A DNA stretch of 25,649 bases from Betaproteobacteria bacterium. Its GTDB lineage: Bacteria > Pseudomonadota > Gammaproteobacteria > Burkholderiales > Casimicrobiaceae. The translations under genes were made by a program, and so were the position numbers. This document shows, piece by piece, positions 1-7,453 of this stretch. Position 1 is the first letter of the stretch, and each line of letters begins with the position of its first letter. Under the pieces are notes generated by a model. The model searched no databases, was not told the origin of the DNA, and saw nothing but the letters and a program-made list of their open reading frames with translations. The DNA lies in the NCBI GenBank assembly GCA_005888955.1, contig VBCS01000073.1:1-25649 (forward strand), in the 5' to 3' direction.

Positions 1-2
1 AC

Positions 3-155
3 TTCACGAAGTCCTTTCCGGGCGCGCCTGACGGCGATTACGCGCTGATCGTCTATACGACGAGGTTTGCCAACAAGGCTGAGGGTCATGAGACACTGAC
101 GCTCGAGCGCGAGTCCGACGGCAAGTGGCGGGTGGTCGGCTATTTCATCCGCTGA
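3..155 (+). CDS. DUF4019-family protein, C-terminal fragment (runs off the left edge)
   Basis: Frame 3 reads FTKSFPGAPDGDYALIVYTTRFANKAEGHETLTLERESDGKWRVVGYFIR* (TGA 153-155). The PGAPDG.Y...F.NK...ET......DG.WRV.GYFIR pattern is typical of DUF4019. Not in the ORF track. Confidence 0.75.
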   Translation, partial: FTKSFPGAPDGDYALIVYTTRFANKAEGHETLTLERESDGKWRVVGYFIR

Positions 156-260
156 ACCGTGGGCGCGTCGACCGCGCCGTCGCGCAGGAGAAAATCGTTT
201 GTCCCGCTCGACGCTCGGCATGCTGCTTGAGCGCGCTCTTGCGCTGCTTCTGAGGCGGCC

Positions 261-1376
261 ATGAATACACCATCCCCCCTGTCCGAAACGACGGCGCAAG
301 AGAAATTCTCGTGCCCCGCCTGCGGCGCCGAGGCGGTGTGGAATCCGGCCAGCCAGGCGCTGGTCTGCCCGTTCTGCGGCACGGTGTCGCCGGCGAAGCT
401 CGACGCGGACAGCGGCAAGATCATCGAGCACGACCTGGTGAAGGCGCTTCGCGGCCTCGGCGATGGCGCGCGGGGCTGGCAGATCGAGAAGCGCTATGTG
501 AAGTGCCAGAGCTGTCAGGCGATCTCGGTGCTTGACCCCAAGCGCCAGGCACAGCGCTGCGAGTTCTGCGGCTCGGCGCAGCTCGTACCCTACGCGCAAA
601 GCAAGGACTCGTTCCGACCGGAAAGCCTGCTGCCGTTCAAGGTCGCGGAGGACCAGGCGCGCGACCGGATTCGCGCGTGGTACGGCAAGCTGTGGCTCGC
701 GCCGAACGCCTTGAAGCGTCGCGCGCTGACCGACACGGTGAAAGGCGTCTACTTGCCATACTGGACCTTCGACGCGCGCGTCGATGCGACATGGACCGCC
801 GAAGCGGGCCATTACTACTACACGACCGAGACCTACACCGACGGCAGCGGACGCACGCAGACGCGCCAAGTGCAGCAGGTGCGCTGGGAGCCCGCCGCGG
901 GAGAGCTCTCCCATTTTTTCGATGACGACCTTGTCTGTGCGTCGGTCGGCGTGCACCCGGCGCTCGTCCGCGGAGTCGAGCCGTTTCCGACCAAGGAGCT
1001 CAAGCCGTACGATGCCGGCTACGTTGCTGGCTGGGTCGTCGAGCGCTACCAGATCGATCTCGTCGCTGGGGCCAAGGCGGCGCGCGACGCGATGGACGTC
1101 AAGCTCCGCCAGATGTGTGCGGCGCAGATTCCCGGCGACACGTACCGCAACCTTGAAGTGCGGGCGAATTACTCCGGGCAGACGTTCAAGCATATCCTGG
1201 CGCCGATCTGGCTGCTCAACTACAACTACGGCGCGAAAGCGTTTCAGGCGGTGATCAACGGCTTCACCGGCGCGATCCAGGGCGAATACCCGAAGAGCTG
1301 GGTCAAGGTGACGCTGCTCGCGCTCGCGATCATAGTCATCGTGATAATCGCGCTCTCGCTGGGTACGCATCGGTGA
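261..1376 (+). CDS. Double zinc-ribbon protein with C-terminal membrane anchor, B. subtilis YdjG-like (often mis-annotated as primosomal protein N')
   Basis: 371 aa. Four CxxC pairs (CPAC/CPFC, CQSC/CEFC), motifs PESLLPF, GVYLPYWTFD, AGWVVERY, PIWLLNY and NGFTG.I.G..P, and a hydrophobic C-terminal helix. GAGG SD upstream. Confidence 0.75.
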   Translation: MNTPSPLSETTAQEKFSCPACGAEAVWNPASQALVCPFCGTVSPAKLDADSGKIIEHDLVKALRGLGDGARGWQIEKRYVKCQSCQAISVLDPKRQAQRCEFCGSAQLVPYAQSKDSFRPESLLPFKVAEDQARDRIRAWYGKLWLAPNALKRRALTDTVKGVYLPYWTFDARVDATWTAEAGHYYYTTETYTDGSGRTQTRQVQQVRWEPAAGELSHFFDDDLVCASVGVHPALVRGVEPFPTKELKPYDAGYVAGWVVERYQIDLVAGAKAARDAMDVKLRQMCAAQIPGDTYRNLEVRANYSGQTFKHILAPIWLLNYNYGAKAFQAVINGFTGAIQGEYPKSWVKVTLLALAIIVIVIIALSLGTHR

Positions 1377-1379
1377 GTC

Positions 1380-1415
1380 GTAGCCCGGGCTGAGCGCTTT
1401 AGCGCGATGCCCAGG
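1380..1415 (+). repeat. REP family 2 singlet (GTAG + nested imperfect palindrome)
   Basis: GTAG-CCCGGGC-TGA-GCGC-TTTA-GCGC-GAT-GCCCAGG. A near-identical reverse-complement copy lies at 13584-13619. Starts 3 nt after the stop at 1376. Confidence 0.8.
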
Positions 1416-1497
1416 CACTTGACGTCGTTGCGCTGTTACTGGCATTCGTCTGGGGAACTCGTCCCAATACGATGGGGGCTGCAGCGGAGGAGAGATC

Positions 1498-2226
1498 ATG
1501 CACACAGCGATCGTAACCGGAGTCTCGCGCGGCCTCGGCGCGGCGCTCGCCGCGGCGCTGCTCGAGCGCGATTTTGCCGTGCTCGGCGTCGGCCGCGGGA
1601 GCCATCCTCGCCTCACGGGCGAACGCTATCGTTTTGCCCGTTTCGATCTGGCCGATGCCGCCGGCGTCGACGAGACTCTCGGGCCCGAGCTCTCCGCGCT
1701 CGCCAATGCGAAGCCGACATCGGTTTGTCTGTTGAACAATGCGGCGACGGCGGGTCCGGTCGGGACGCTGGGCAGGCTCGCCGCGGGCGAGATCGCATCC
1801 TCGCTGGCAGTAAATCTCGCCGCGGTGGTGGCGCTCACGAATCTATTTTGTCGCGTCTTCGCCGACCCGGCACTGCCGCGGCGCGTCATCAATGTCTCCT
1901 CGGGAGCAGCGCAGACGGCGCTGGCGGGGGAGAGCGTCTACTGCGTGGCCAAGGCGGGGATGGAGATGCTGACCAAGGCGCTTGCCGTGGAACAACAGGC
2001 GCCGGGCTTTCGCGCCATCGCGGTGCGACCCGGTGTCATCGATACCGACATGCAGGTATTCGCGCGTTCGCAGTCCAAGGACGTGCTCCCCAGCGTCGAG
2101 CTGTTCCAGGGCTTCCATCGCGACGGCCGTCTGGTCGCGCCCGATGTCGTGGCCGCTAAGATCGTGGGCAGGCTCGTCGAGGACGACGTCGAGCACGGCC
2201 GCACGTACTCGTATCAGGAGCTCTGA
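1498..2226 (+). CDS. Short-chain dehydrogenase/reductase (benzil/sepiapterin reductase-like)
   Basis: 242 aa. TGVSRGLG cofactor motif, NNAA, NVSSG, catalytic YCVAK and PGVIDT. Strong SD (GGAGGAG). Confidence 0.9.
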   Translation: MHTAIVTGVSRGLGAALAAALLERDFAVLGVGRGSHPRLTGERYRFARFDLADAAGVDETLGPELSALANAKPTSVCLLNNAATAGPVGTLGRLAAGEIASSLAVNLAAVVALTNLFCRVFADPALPRRVINVSSGAAQTALAGESVYCVAKAGMEMLTKALAVEQQAPGFRAIAVRPGVIDTDMQVFARSQSKDVLPSVELFQGFHRDGRLVAPDVVAAKIVGRLVEDDVEHGRTYSYQEL

Positions 2227-2355
2227 GCTTCGTAGTTTTCGTAGCGCCGAATTCATTCGGCCCGCGCGCCCTGAGCTCTGCGGTTTTCGTAGGGCCGAAT
2301 TCATTCGGCCTGCGAGGGTGATTGCGATGCCGCGTGCGAATGAATTCGCACCTAC
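2223..2355. repeat. REP family 1 cluster: two direct REPs plus one inverted REP
   Basis: GTAG-CGCCGAATTCATTCGGCC at 2241-2262, GTAG-GGCCGAATTCATTCGGCC at 2289-2310, and inverted GTGCGAATGAATTCGCAC-CTAC at 2334-2355. The first two lie in a 48-bp-period tandem duplication (2223-2262 and 2271-2310). Located between convergent genes. Confidence 0.9.
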
Positions 2356-2370
2356 CAGGCTCGCGCGATT

Positions 2371-2745
2371 TCAGTTTCGCCTCGGCAGTAGCCGCACCCG
2401 GTACTCGAGGATGCTCGGCTGCGCACCGGCTTCCCACATCAAGCAATAGATCTGCGTGCGGTCGGCGGTGAACTCGCCCGATTCGTTCGTAGCATGCTCG
2501 CGCACGATCGGCATGATCACGGCGTTCGCATCGTGGTAGTGGATGTTGAACGCGACCGGTGCTGCGCTGACAAAGTAGAAGCCGATACGCTCGCCCGTCC
2601 GGAGCTCGACGCATTCCTCGCGCATTGCGAACGACGCAAGCTCGACGCCGGCTGCCCCCCGCTCCTTGTCCAGCCGGTAGGGATCCGCGGCGCAGCCGTA
2701 GAGCGCCAGGACGGCAAGGGCGCTCCGGCGGCCCGATACGCTCAT
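2371..2745 (-). CDS. Putative lipoprotein, 124 aa, GOLD-domain-like (unknown function)
   Basis: ATG 2745 overlaps the GNAT stop (ATGA). Signal peptide MSVSGRRSALAVLALYG|C18 with a near-canonical lipobox. Mature domain contains REECVEL, FNIHYH and IYCLMW. The track's extension to 3132 overlaps the GNAT and was discarded. Confidence 0.75.
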   Translation of the reverse strand: MSVSGRRSALAVLALYGCAADPYRLDKERGAAGVELASFAMREECVELRTGERIGFYFVSAAPVAFNIHYHDANAVIMPIVREHATNESGEFTADRTQIYCLMWEAGAQPSILEYRVRLLPRRN

Positions 2746-3302
2746 CGCCGGCTCGACGGTCGCGCGCGCCAATCTTCGAACAGCAACGCCCAGCGCTCGT
2801 GATCGCGCCACCGTCCGTCGATCTTGAGGTAGCGGCGCGAATAGCCCTCGCGGGCGAACCCCGCGCGGCGCACCAGCGCGATCGAGCGCCTGTTCGCAGG
2901 CTGGATGTTCGACTCGACGCGATGCAGGTGAAGCGTACGGAACGCGTAACGCAGCATCAGCTCGAGGCCGTCGCGCATATAGCCCCGGCGTGCATACGGC
3001 GCAAGCGCGTAGTAGCCCAGATAGGCGCTCTGCATGATGCCGTGGAAGATTTGCGACAAGTCGAACACACCGACCAGGGCATCGTCCTCGCGCCGGCAAG
3101 CGAACAGCGTCTTGAACGCGGGTCCGCGGCAACGCGCGAGCATGGCTTTGTAGCCCTTCGGCGTGGCCGGAGGCCGCGTCCAGCGGCGATGAATCGCGCG
3201 ACTTGCGCGTACCGCAGCACAGAACGCCGGCCCGTCGCTTGCGCGCGGTCGGCGCAGGTACACGCGCTGACCGACGGCAAGCGCGGATTTAGGGGCTGGC
3301 AT
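2742..3302 (-). CDS. GNAT N-acetyltransferase, RimJ/RimL family
   Basis: 186 aa. Motifs AYLGY...YARRGYM, LHRVESNIQPAN.RSIALV...GF..EG and WRDHERW. Confidence 0.9.
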   Translation of the reverse strand: MPAPKSALAVGQRVYLRRPRASDGPAFCAAVRASRAIHRRWTRPPATPKGYKAMLARCRGPAFKTLFACRREDDALVGVFDLSQIFHGIMQSAYLGYYALAPYARRGYMRDGLELMLRYAFRTLHLHRVESNIQPANRRSIALVRRAGFAREGYSRRYLKIDGRWRDHERWALLFEDWRARPSSRR

Positions 3303-3338
3303 AATGATCGGAATGTTACCGCGCGGATGCCGCTTGCG

Positions 3339-4094
3339 ATGAGCAAATGGATCGAGGGCAAGGTGGTCGGCAAGAAGCGCTGGACCGAGCGGTTGTTCTC
3401 GCTGCAGGTCGCCGCGTCCTCGCTGACCTTCGTCGCGGGCCAGTTTGCGCGGCTCGCGTTACCGGCGGCTCCAGGATCGGAGGAGGCGATGCTCGGCCGT
3501 CCCTATTCGTTCGTTAACCCGCCCGACGGCGCCGCGCACGAGTTCTATTTCAACGTCCTGCCGGAGGGCCCGCTGTCGCCGCGTCTCGCGGCGCTCGAGG
3601 GCGACGACTCGGTGTGGCTGCTCGATCGCGCCAACGGGTTTTTCTGCGTCGCCGAGCTGCCTGATGCGGCGGCGCTGTGGTGCCTCGCGACCGGCACCGG
3701 GCTGGGCCCCTACCTGTCGATACTGCGCACCGAAGAGCCGTGGGAGAAATTCGAGCGGGTCGTGCTGGTGCACGCGGTGCGGCATGCCGCCGACCTGTCG
3801 TACGGCGACGTAATCGCAGGGATCGCCGCGGCGCGTCCGGGCCGCTTTGCGTTCGCTCCGTTCGTCAGCCGGGAACCGCACAAGGGTGCACTGTCGGGAC
3901 GCATCCCCGACGCCGTTCGCGACGGCCGGCTCGAGGCGTGGACGCGCGTGCCGCTGACGGCGGAGAATGCGCACGCGATGCTCTGCGGTAATCCTGACAT
4001 GGTGCGCGACATGCAGGAAGTGCTGGAGCAGCGCGGCATGCGCCGGCATCGACGCCGCGAGCCGGGGCATTTCACGCTCGAGACGTATTGGTAA
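3339..4094 (+). CDS. fpr: Ferredoxin/flavodoxin-NADP+ reductase
   Basis: Starts MSKWIEGKV. Motifs FVAGQF, RPYS, GPLSPRL, LATGTGLGPY, MLCGNPDMV and terminal ETYW. Start could alternatively be ATG 3327. Confidence 0.93.
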   Translation: MSKWIEGKVVGKKRWTERLFSLQVAASSLTFVAGQFARLALPAAPGSEEAMLGRPYSFVNPPDGAAHEFYFNVLPEGPLSPRLAALEGDDSVWLLDRANGFFCVAELPDAAALWCLATGTGLGPYLSILRTEEPWEKFERVVLVHAVRHAADLSYGDVIAGIAAARPGRFAFAPFVSREPHKGALSGRIPDAVRDGRLEAWTRVPLTAENAHAMLCGNPDMVRDMQEVLEQRGMRRHRRREPGHFTLETYW

Positions 4095-4167
4095 CCGCGC
4101 CGTTATTGCGCTAGCACGCCGGGCCTGTCGTCGACAACGACGTCCCAACTCTTTTGGAAAGCGCGAT

Positions 4168-4662
4168 CTAACGGTCGCGAACGGCAACGAGCTCGATGTC
4201 GAAGATCAGCGTTGCATCCGGCGGGATGACGTCGCCGGCTCCGCGGCTGCCGTAGGCCAAGTCCGGAGGAATCACGAGCGTGCGTCGGCCGCCGACGCGC
4301 ATGCCGGCGACACCGTCGTCCCAGCCGGGAATGACGCGCCCGCCGCCCAGCGGGAAACTGAACGGAGAACGGCGATCGAGCGAGGAGTCGAATTTTCGCC
4401 CTTTTTTATCGGCTAAAGCAGGGTCGTAAAGCCAGCCAGTGTAGTGAACAACTACGACTTTTCCTTTTACGGCCTCGGCTCCCTCGCCTACGGTAGTATC
4501 GGTCATTTGCAGCTTTCTAATTTTGGCATCCATCTTGCTTTTGAATGGTGTCAGCGCCGTGCCAGGCGTCTGGGCGAGGCTAATTCCCGACAACGCGAGG
4601 AGCATCGCAGCGGTAACGGACGCCAGGGCGAGGCAGCGGCTCAGGATCGAAGGTGGCGACAT
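4168..4662 (-). CDS. FKBP-type peptidyl-prolyl cis-trans isomerase with signal peptide
   Basis: Motifs VHYTGWL, KFDSS.DR, VIPGWDDGV.GM.VGGRR.L.IP..LAYG and IPP.ATL.FDIEL. From ATG 4662 the sequence is a Sec-type signal (…ISLA|Q). The track's start at 4818 runs through the promoter region. Confidence 0.92.
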   Translation of the reverse strand: MSPPSILSRCLALASVTAAMLLALSGISLAQTPGTALTPFKSKMDAKIRKLQMTDTTVGEGAEAVKGKVVVVHYTGWLYDPALADKKGRKFDSSLDRRSPFSFPLGGGRVIPGWDDGVAGMRVGGRRTLVIPPDLAYGSRGAGDVIPPDATLIFDIELVAVRDR

Positions 4663-4750
4663 GGTTGAGTCTGGTCGATTCACAGTGATGACGGCGGCAC
4701 CGAGGGTCGCGCAACGACATTGTCGTAATTCGCTCAATTTCCGACGGCTT

Positions 4751-4793
4751 TTGCGTCTATATTGATTATGGGCTATAAACCACAATCCAGCAA
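4751..4793. promoter_or_regulatory. Overlapping divergent sigma70-like promoters (PilZ-like gene and FKBP gene)
   Basis: Plus strand: TTGCGT(4751-4756)-17 nt-TATAAA(4774-4779). Minus strand: TTGCTG(4793-4788)-17 nt-CATAAT(4770-4765). AT-rich spacer. Confidence 0.5.
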
Positions 4794-4883
4794 AGCCCAG
4801 CACTGGCGCAAGGCGCACGCACGCCGATGAATGGTCCGGACGGCGCGCGCAATGGGCCCCCCGCCCGCCGACAGGCGATATCC

Positions 4884-6626
4884 ATGAAAGCGATGCTCGG
4901 ATTCCTGACCCCGCAAGCCAAAGACGCGACCGATCCCCTGCAGAACGCCAAGAGCGCTGCAGCGTGGCTGCGGCAGTTGCCGGCGCTCGACGTGATCGGG
5001 AGGCAGCAACACGTGATCCGCGCGCTCGACCGTGTGCGGAAGGAACAGTACGCCATCGATCTGAATCGCGTTGCTGCGATCGAATTTGTCGATGCGGCGC
5101 TCGGTGCCGATCGCCGGCAGCTGATCAAGCAGTACATCGAGAACGCGGAGAGCTCACCCAAGCTCGCCGACCGTATCTGGCAGGCGCTGTGGGAGATGAG
5201 CCAGGAATTTACGCTCACGTACCAGACGGCGCTTGAATCCGCCCTGACGCAGGCGGCGAACGCGCGCTGGAAAGCGGTCCTGCCTCTGCTCTTCGTGCGC
5301 CTGGTGCATTTCCATGGCACCGATGCCAAGCTGCGCGTGTTCAAGCACGAACGCTGGATTCCCGCGAAGTGGATCGAGCTGCACCAGATTTATCTGCGCT
5401 CCTGCGAGCTCTCCTGCGATCGCCAGCCGATGGCGCTGCCTGCGGCGGGTGCCGGCGCACAGGCCTGGTCGGTCGAGCAAGAATACCTGTACGTGTTGCT
5501 CGTGCACCAGCTCAACACCGGTAATCTCGGGCCCGCTGAAGTCGATTGGGCGAGCTCGCAGTTGCGCGCATGGAGCCGCCGGCTCGCGCTGGAGCAGATT
5601 CCGAAATCGGTCGAGGGATTCTTCGTTGATCTCGCCGGCCGCTCGGGCCTCATCCGGCGCAACGGCAATGACCGCGGCTCGGTCCTTCGCTACGTGGACA
5701 CGACACCGCTCGCCGATGCGATGGACCGCGCGGTGGGCGCGCTGCGCGACGCCGAGGCGACCGACCAGGGGCCGATCGCCGCTATCAATCAGCAGCGGCT
5801 GGCGGTGCTCCGCAAGATCCAGCCCGCGCTGTCTCCGTCGTCGCTTTCCGATCTTCGTCGCGATCCGCGAACCGCGGTCGCGGTGTCCGCGCACGTCCGC
5901 ATCGGCCTGTCGCGCATCTGTCAGGATCTGACCGCGAAGGCGGCGGGCGACAATTCCAGCGAGGTCAGCGGTGCCGCCGAACAGATCGAAGTCTTCCCTG
6001 TCGCCGGCGCACCGCGCGCCCGCCGCAAAGCGCTGGTCGAGGACGATTCGCTTGCCGCAAGTCTCTCATCGTGGAGCGACCCGATGTGGGAGGTCAAGGA
6101 TCGCAGCGTCGCCGGACTGCGCATCGCGGCGACGGGGGGCATCGGACAGAGCCTGTCCCTCGGTGCGCTGGTGGCGGTGCGGCAATCCGACGCCGATGCC
6201 TGGTTGCTCGGCGTCGTGCGGCGGCTGAACAAAGTTTCCAACGAAGAAGTCGAAGCAGGCGTCAACATCATCGCCGACCGCATCGTTGCGGTAATGCTGG
6301 CCGCGAAACGCCGCCCGAACGAAGACATGGGCTACGTGGTCGACGGGCTTGATCTTTCGACGCTGGGTGATCGCTTCGAGGGCCTGTATCTGCCGCCGCC
6401 ATCGCGTCCGGACAAGCCGCTCGCGATGAAGACCCTCATCGTGCCCACCTCCGAATATGCCGAAGGCCGCAACGTCATTCTCACCACGACGAATTCGGTC
6501 TACACCGTGGCCTTCCGTCATCTCGTCGAGCAGCGGCCGGACTGGAGCTGGGCGACGATACAGATCGTCGAGAAGACGGCACGCGCGATAGGTTCTGAGC
6601 GGGGCACGCCATCGGACACCGGCTGA
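4884..6626 (+). CDS. Large helical protein with C-terminal atypical PilZ-like domain (putative c-di-GMP receptor)
   Basis: RRDPR (RxxxR) at 5856-5870, DRSVAG (DxSxxG) at 6099-6116, then the beta-barrel-like LGALVAV..W.LGVVRRL. Start ATG 4884 (ACAGG upstream) or 4827. Confidence 0.65.
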   Translation: MKAMLGFLTPQAKDATDPLQNAKSAAAWLRQLPALDVIGRQQHVIRALDRVRKEQYAIDLNRVAAIEFVDAALGADRRQLIKQYIENAESSPKLADRIWQALWEMSQEFTLTYQTALESALTQAANARWKAVLPLLFVRLVHFHGTDAKLRVFKHERWIPAKWIELHQIYLRSCELSCDRQPMALPAAGAGAQAWSVEQEYLYVLLVHQLNTGNLGPAEVDWASSQLRAWSRRLALEQIPKSVEGFFVDLAGRSGLIRRNGNDRGSVLRYVDTTPLADAMDRAVGALRDAEATDQGPIAAINQQRLAVLRKIQPALSPSSLSDLRRDPRTAVAVSAHVRIGLSRICQDLTAKAAGDNSSEVSGAAEQIEVFPVAGAPRARRKALVEDDSLAASLSSWSDPMWEVKDRSVAGLRIAATGGIGQSLSLGALVAVRQSDADAWLLGVVRRLNKVSNEEVEAGVNIIADRIVAVMLAAKRRPNEDMGYVVDGLDLSTLGDRFEGLYLPPPSRPDKPLAMKTLIVPTSEYAEGRNVILTTTNSVYTVAFRHLVEQRPDWSWATIQIVEKTARAIGSERGTPSDTG

Positions 6627-6650
6627 TCGCGCAGTAGCTGCGAATCAGCC
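6621..6650. terminator. Hairpin between convergent PilZ-like gene and tolA (possible bidirectional terminator)
   Basis: GGCTGAT/ATCAGCC outer stem with CGCAG-TAG-CTGCG inner stem. Contains the PilZ TGA and ends 2 nt from the tolA stop. No U-tract. Confidence 0.35.
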
Positions 6651-6652
6651 TG

Positions 6653-7447
6653 TCAGTCGAGCGGGCGGAACTTCAGCGTCAGATTCCTGCGAAACATATC
6701 CGGCGAGTCGGGCCGCGGCAGTGGCGATGACTTGAGGATCGCGCGCTGCACGGCTTCGTCGTAAGCGCGCACGCCGCTCGATTTGCCGAGTTGCACGTCG
6801 ATGATCTCCCCGCTGGGCAGCTGCACGACGTCGAAGATGGCTTCCGGGTTTCCCGGCATGTCGGGCGGCACGACGACGTTGCCCCTGATCTTTGCCTGGA
6901 TACGGCGAATGTAGTCGGCATCCGCCTTGACGCGCGCCCCGGCGGCAGCAATCTTCTCCTGTGCTTGGCGTTCGCGCTGCGCCTGCGCCTTGAGCGCCTC
7001 GGCCTCGCGCGCCTGCCGCTCACGGGCTTCGGCGAGGCGCTTCTCCAGCTGCTCCTTCTTCTCGGCTTCGCGCCGTTCGACCTCGCGCCTCTCCGCAGCC
7101 TGCTTTTCCTTTTCCTTGCGCTCGCGCTCGGCCTGCTCCTTTCGGGCGCGCTCCTGCTTTTCCTTGAGCGCGATGTCGGGCTTCGGCGGCTCGACGGGCG
7201 GTGGCTTGGCTTCGACTTGAGGTTTCGGAGGCTCGGGCTTGGGCGGTTCGGATGGTGGCTTGGCCGGCTCGATCTTTTCGGTCGCCGGTGGCACGTAGAG
7301 TTCCGCAGTCACAGGCTCGGGCTTGCGGTTCTGCCAGTTGACGCTGAAGATCAGAAACAGCACGAATGTGACGTGAACCGCGATCGCCAGGATAGCGGCG
7401 ATCCATTTGACTGCGGACCAGCTCGAGCGCGCGCGCCGTGGCGGCAT
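6653..7447 (-). CDS. tolA: Cell envelope integrity protein TolA
   Basis: 264 aa. N-terminal TM helix with the HV..V motif, Pro/Lys/Glu-rich linker and TonB/TolA C-terminal domain (SSGV.AYDEAVQRAI.KSSPLP). Follows tolQR. Confidence 0.9.
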   Translation of the reverse strand: MPPRRARSSWSAVKWIAAILAIAVHVTFVLFLIFSVNWQNRKPEPVTAELYVPPATEKIEPAKPPSEPPKPEPPKPQVEAKPPPVEPPKPDIALKEKQERARKEQAERERKEKEKQAAERREVERREAEKKEQLEKRLAEARERQAREAEALKAQAQRERQAQEKIAAAGARVKADADYIRRIQAKIRGNVVVPPDMPGNPEAIFDVVQLPSGEIIDVQLGKSSGVRAYDEAVQRAILKSSPLPRPDSPDMFRRNLTLKFRPLD

Positions 7448-7453
7448 TGCGCC

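Noticed and set aside
1416-1497. Possible riboswitch in the SDR leader (alternative small hairpins before a strong SD)
   Set aside because: Only 4-5 bp stems and no recognisable aptamer consensus.
2223-2355. Periodic palindromic repeats as a mini CRISPR array
   Set aside because: Only 2 direct units plus 1 inverted unit, GTAG-led palindromes, another pair at 14490 and no cas genes. This is REP architecture.
2625-3338. N-terminal extension making fpr 489 aa
   Set aside because: It overlaps the GNAT and lipoprotein genes on the other strand, is Arg/Pro-rich, and FNR homology begins at MSKW (3339).
4444-4668. 74-aa plus-strand ORF (MNNYDFSFYG…) in the low-GC patch
   Set aside because: Antisense to the FKBP gene, with a GTG start, no SD and no recognisable motif. 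Its unusual composition is explained by the patch.
4741-4757. Minus-strand GACGCAAAAGCCGTCGG resembling the c-di-GMP-I riboswitch core, next to a PilZ-like gene
   Set aside because: It lacks the upstream GGCAAAC/GNRA P2 stem and the enclosing P1, overlaps promoter elements, and lies on the FKBP strand.
6900-7300. Low-complexity Lys/Glu/Arg/Pro repeats
   Set aside because: Normal TolA linker composition, not a separate repeat element.
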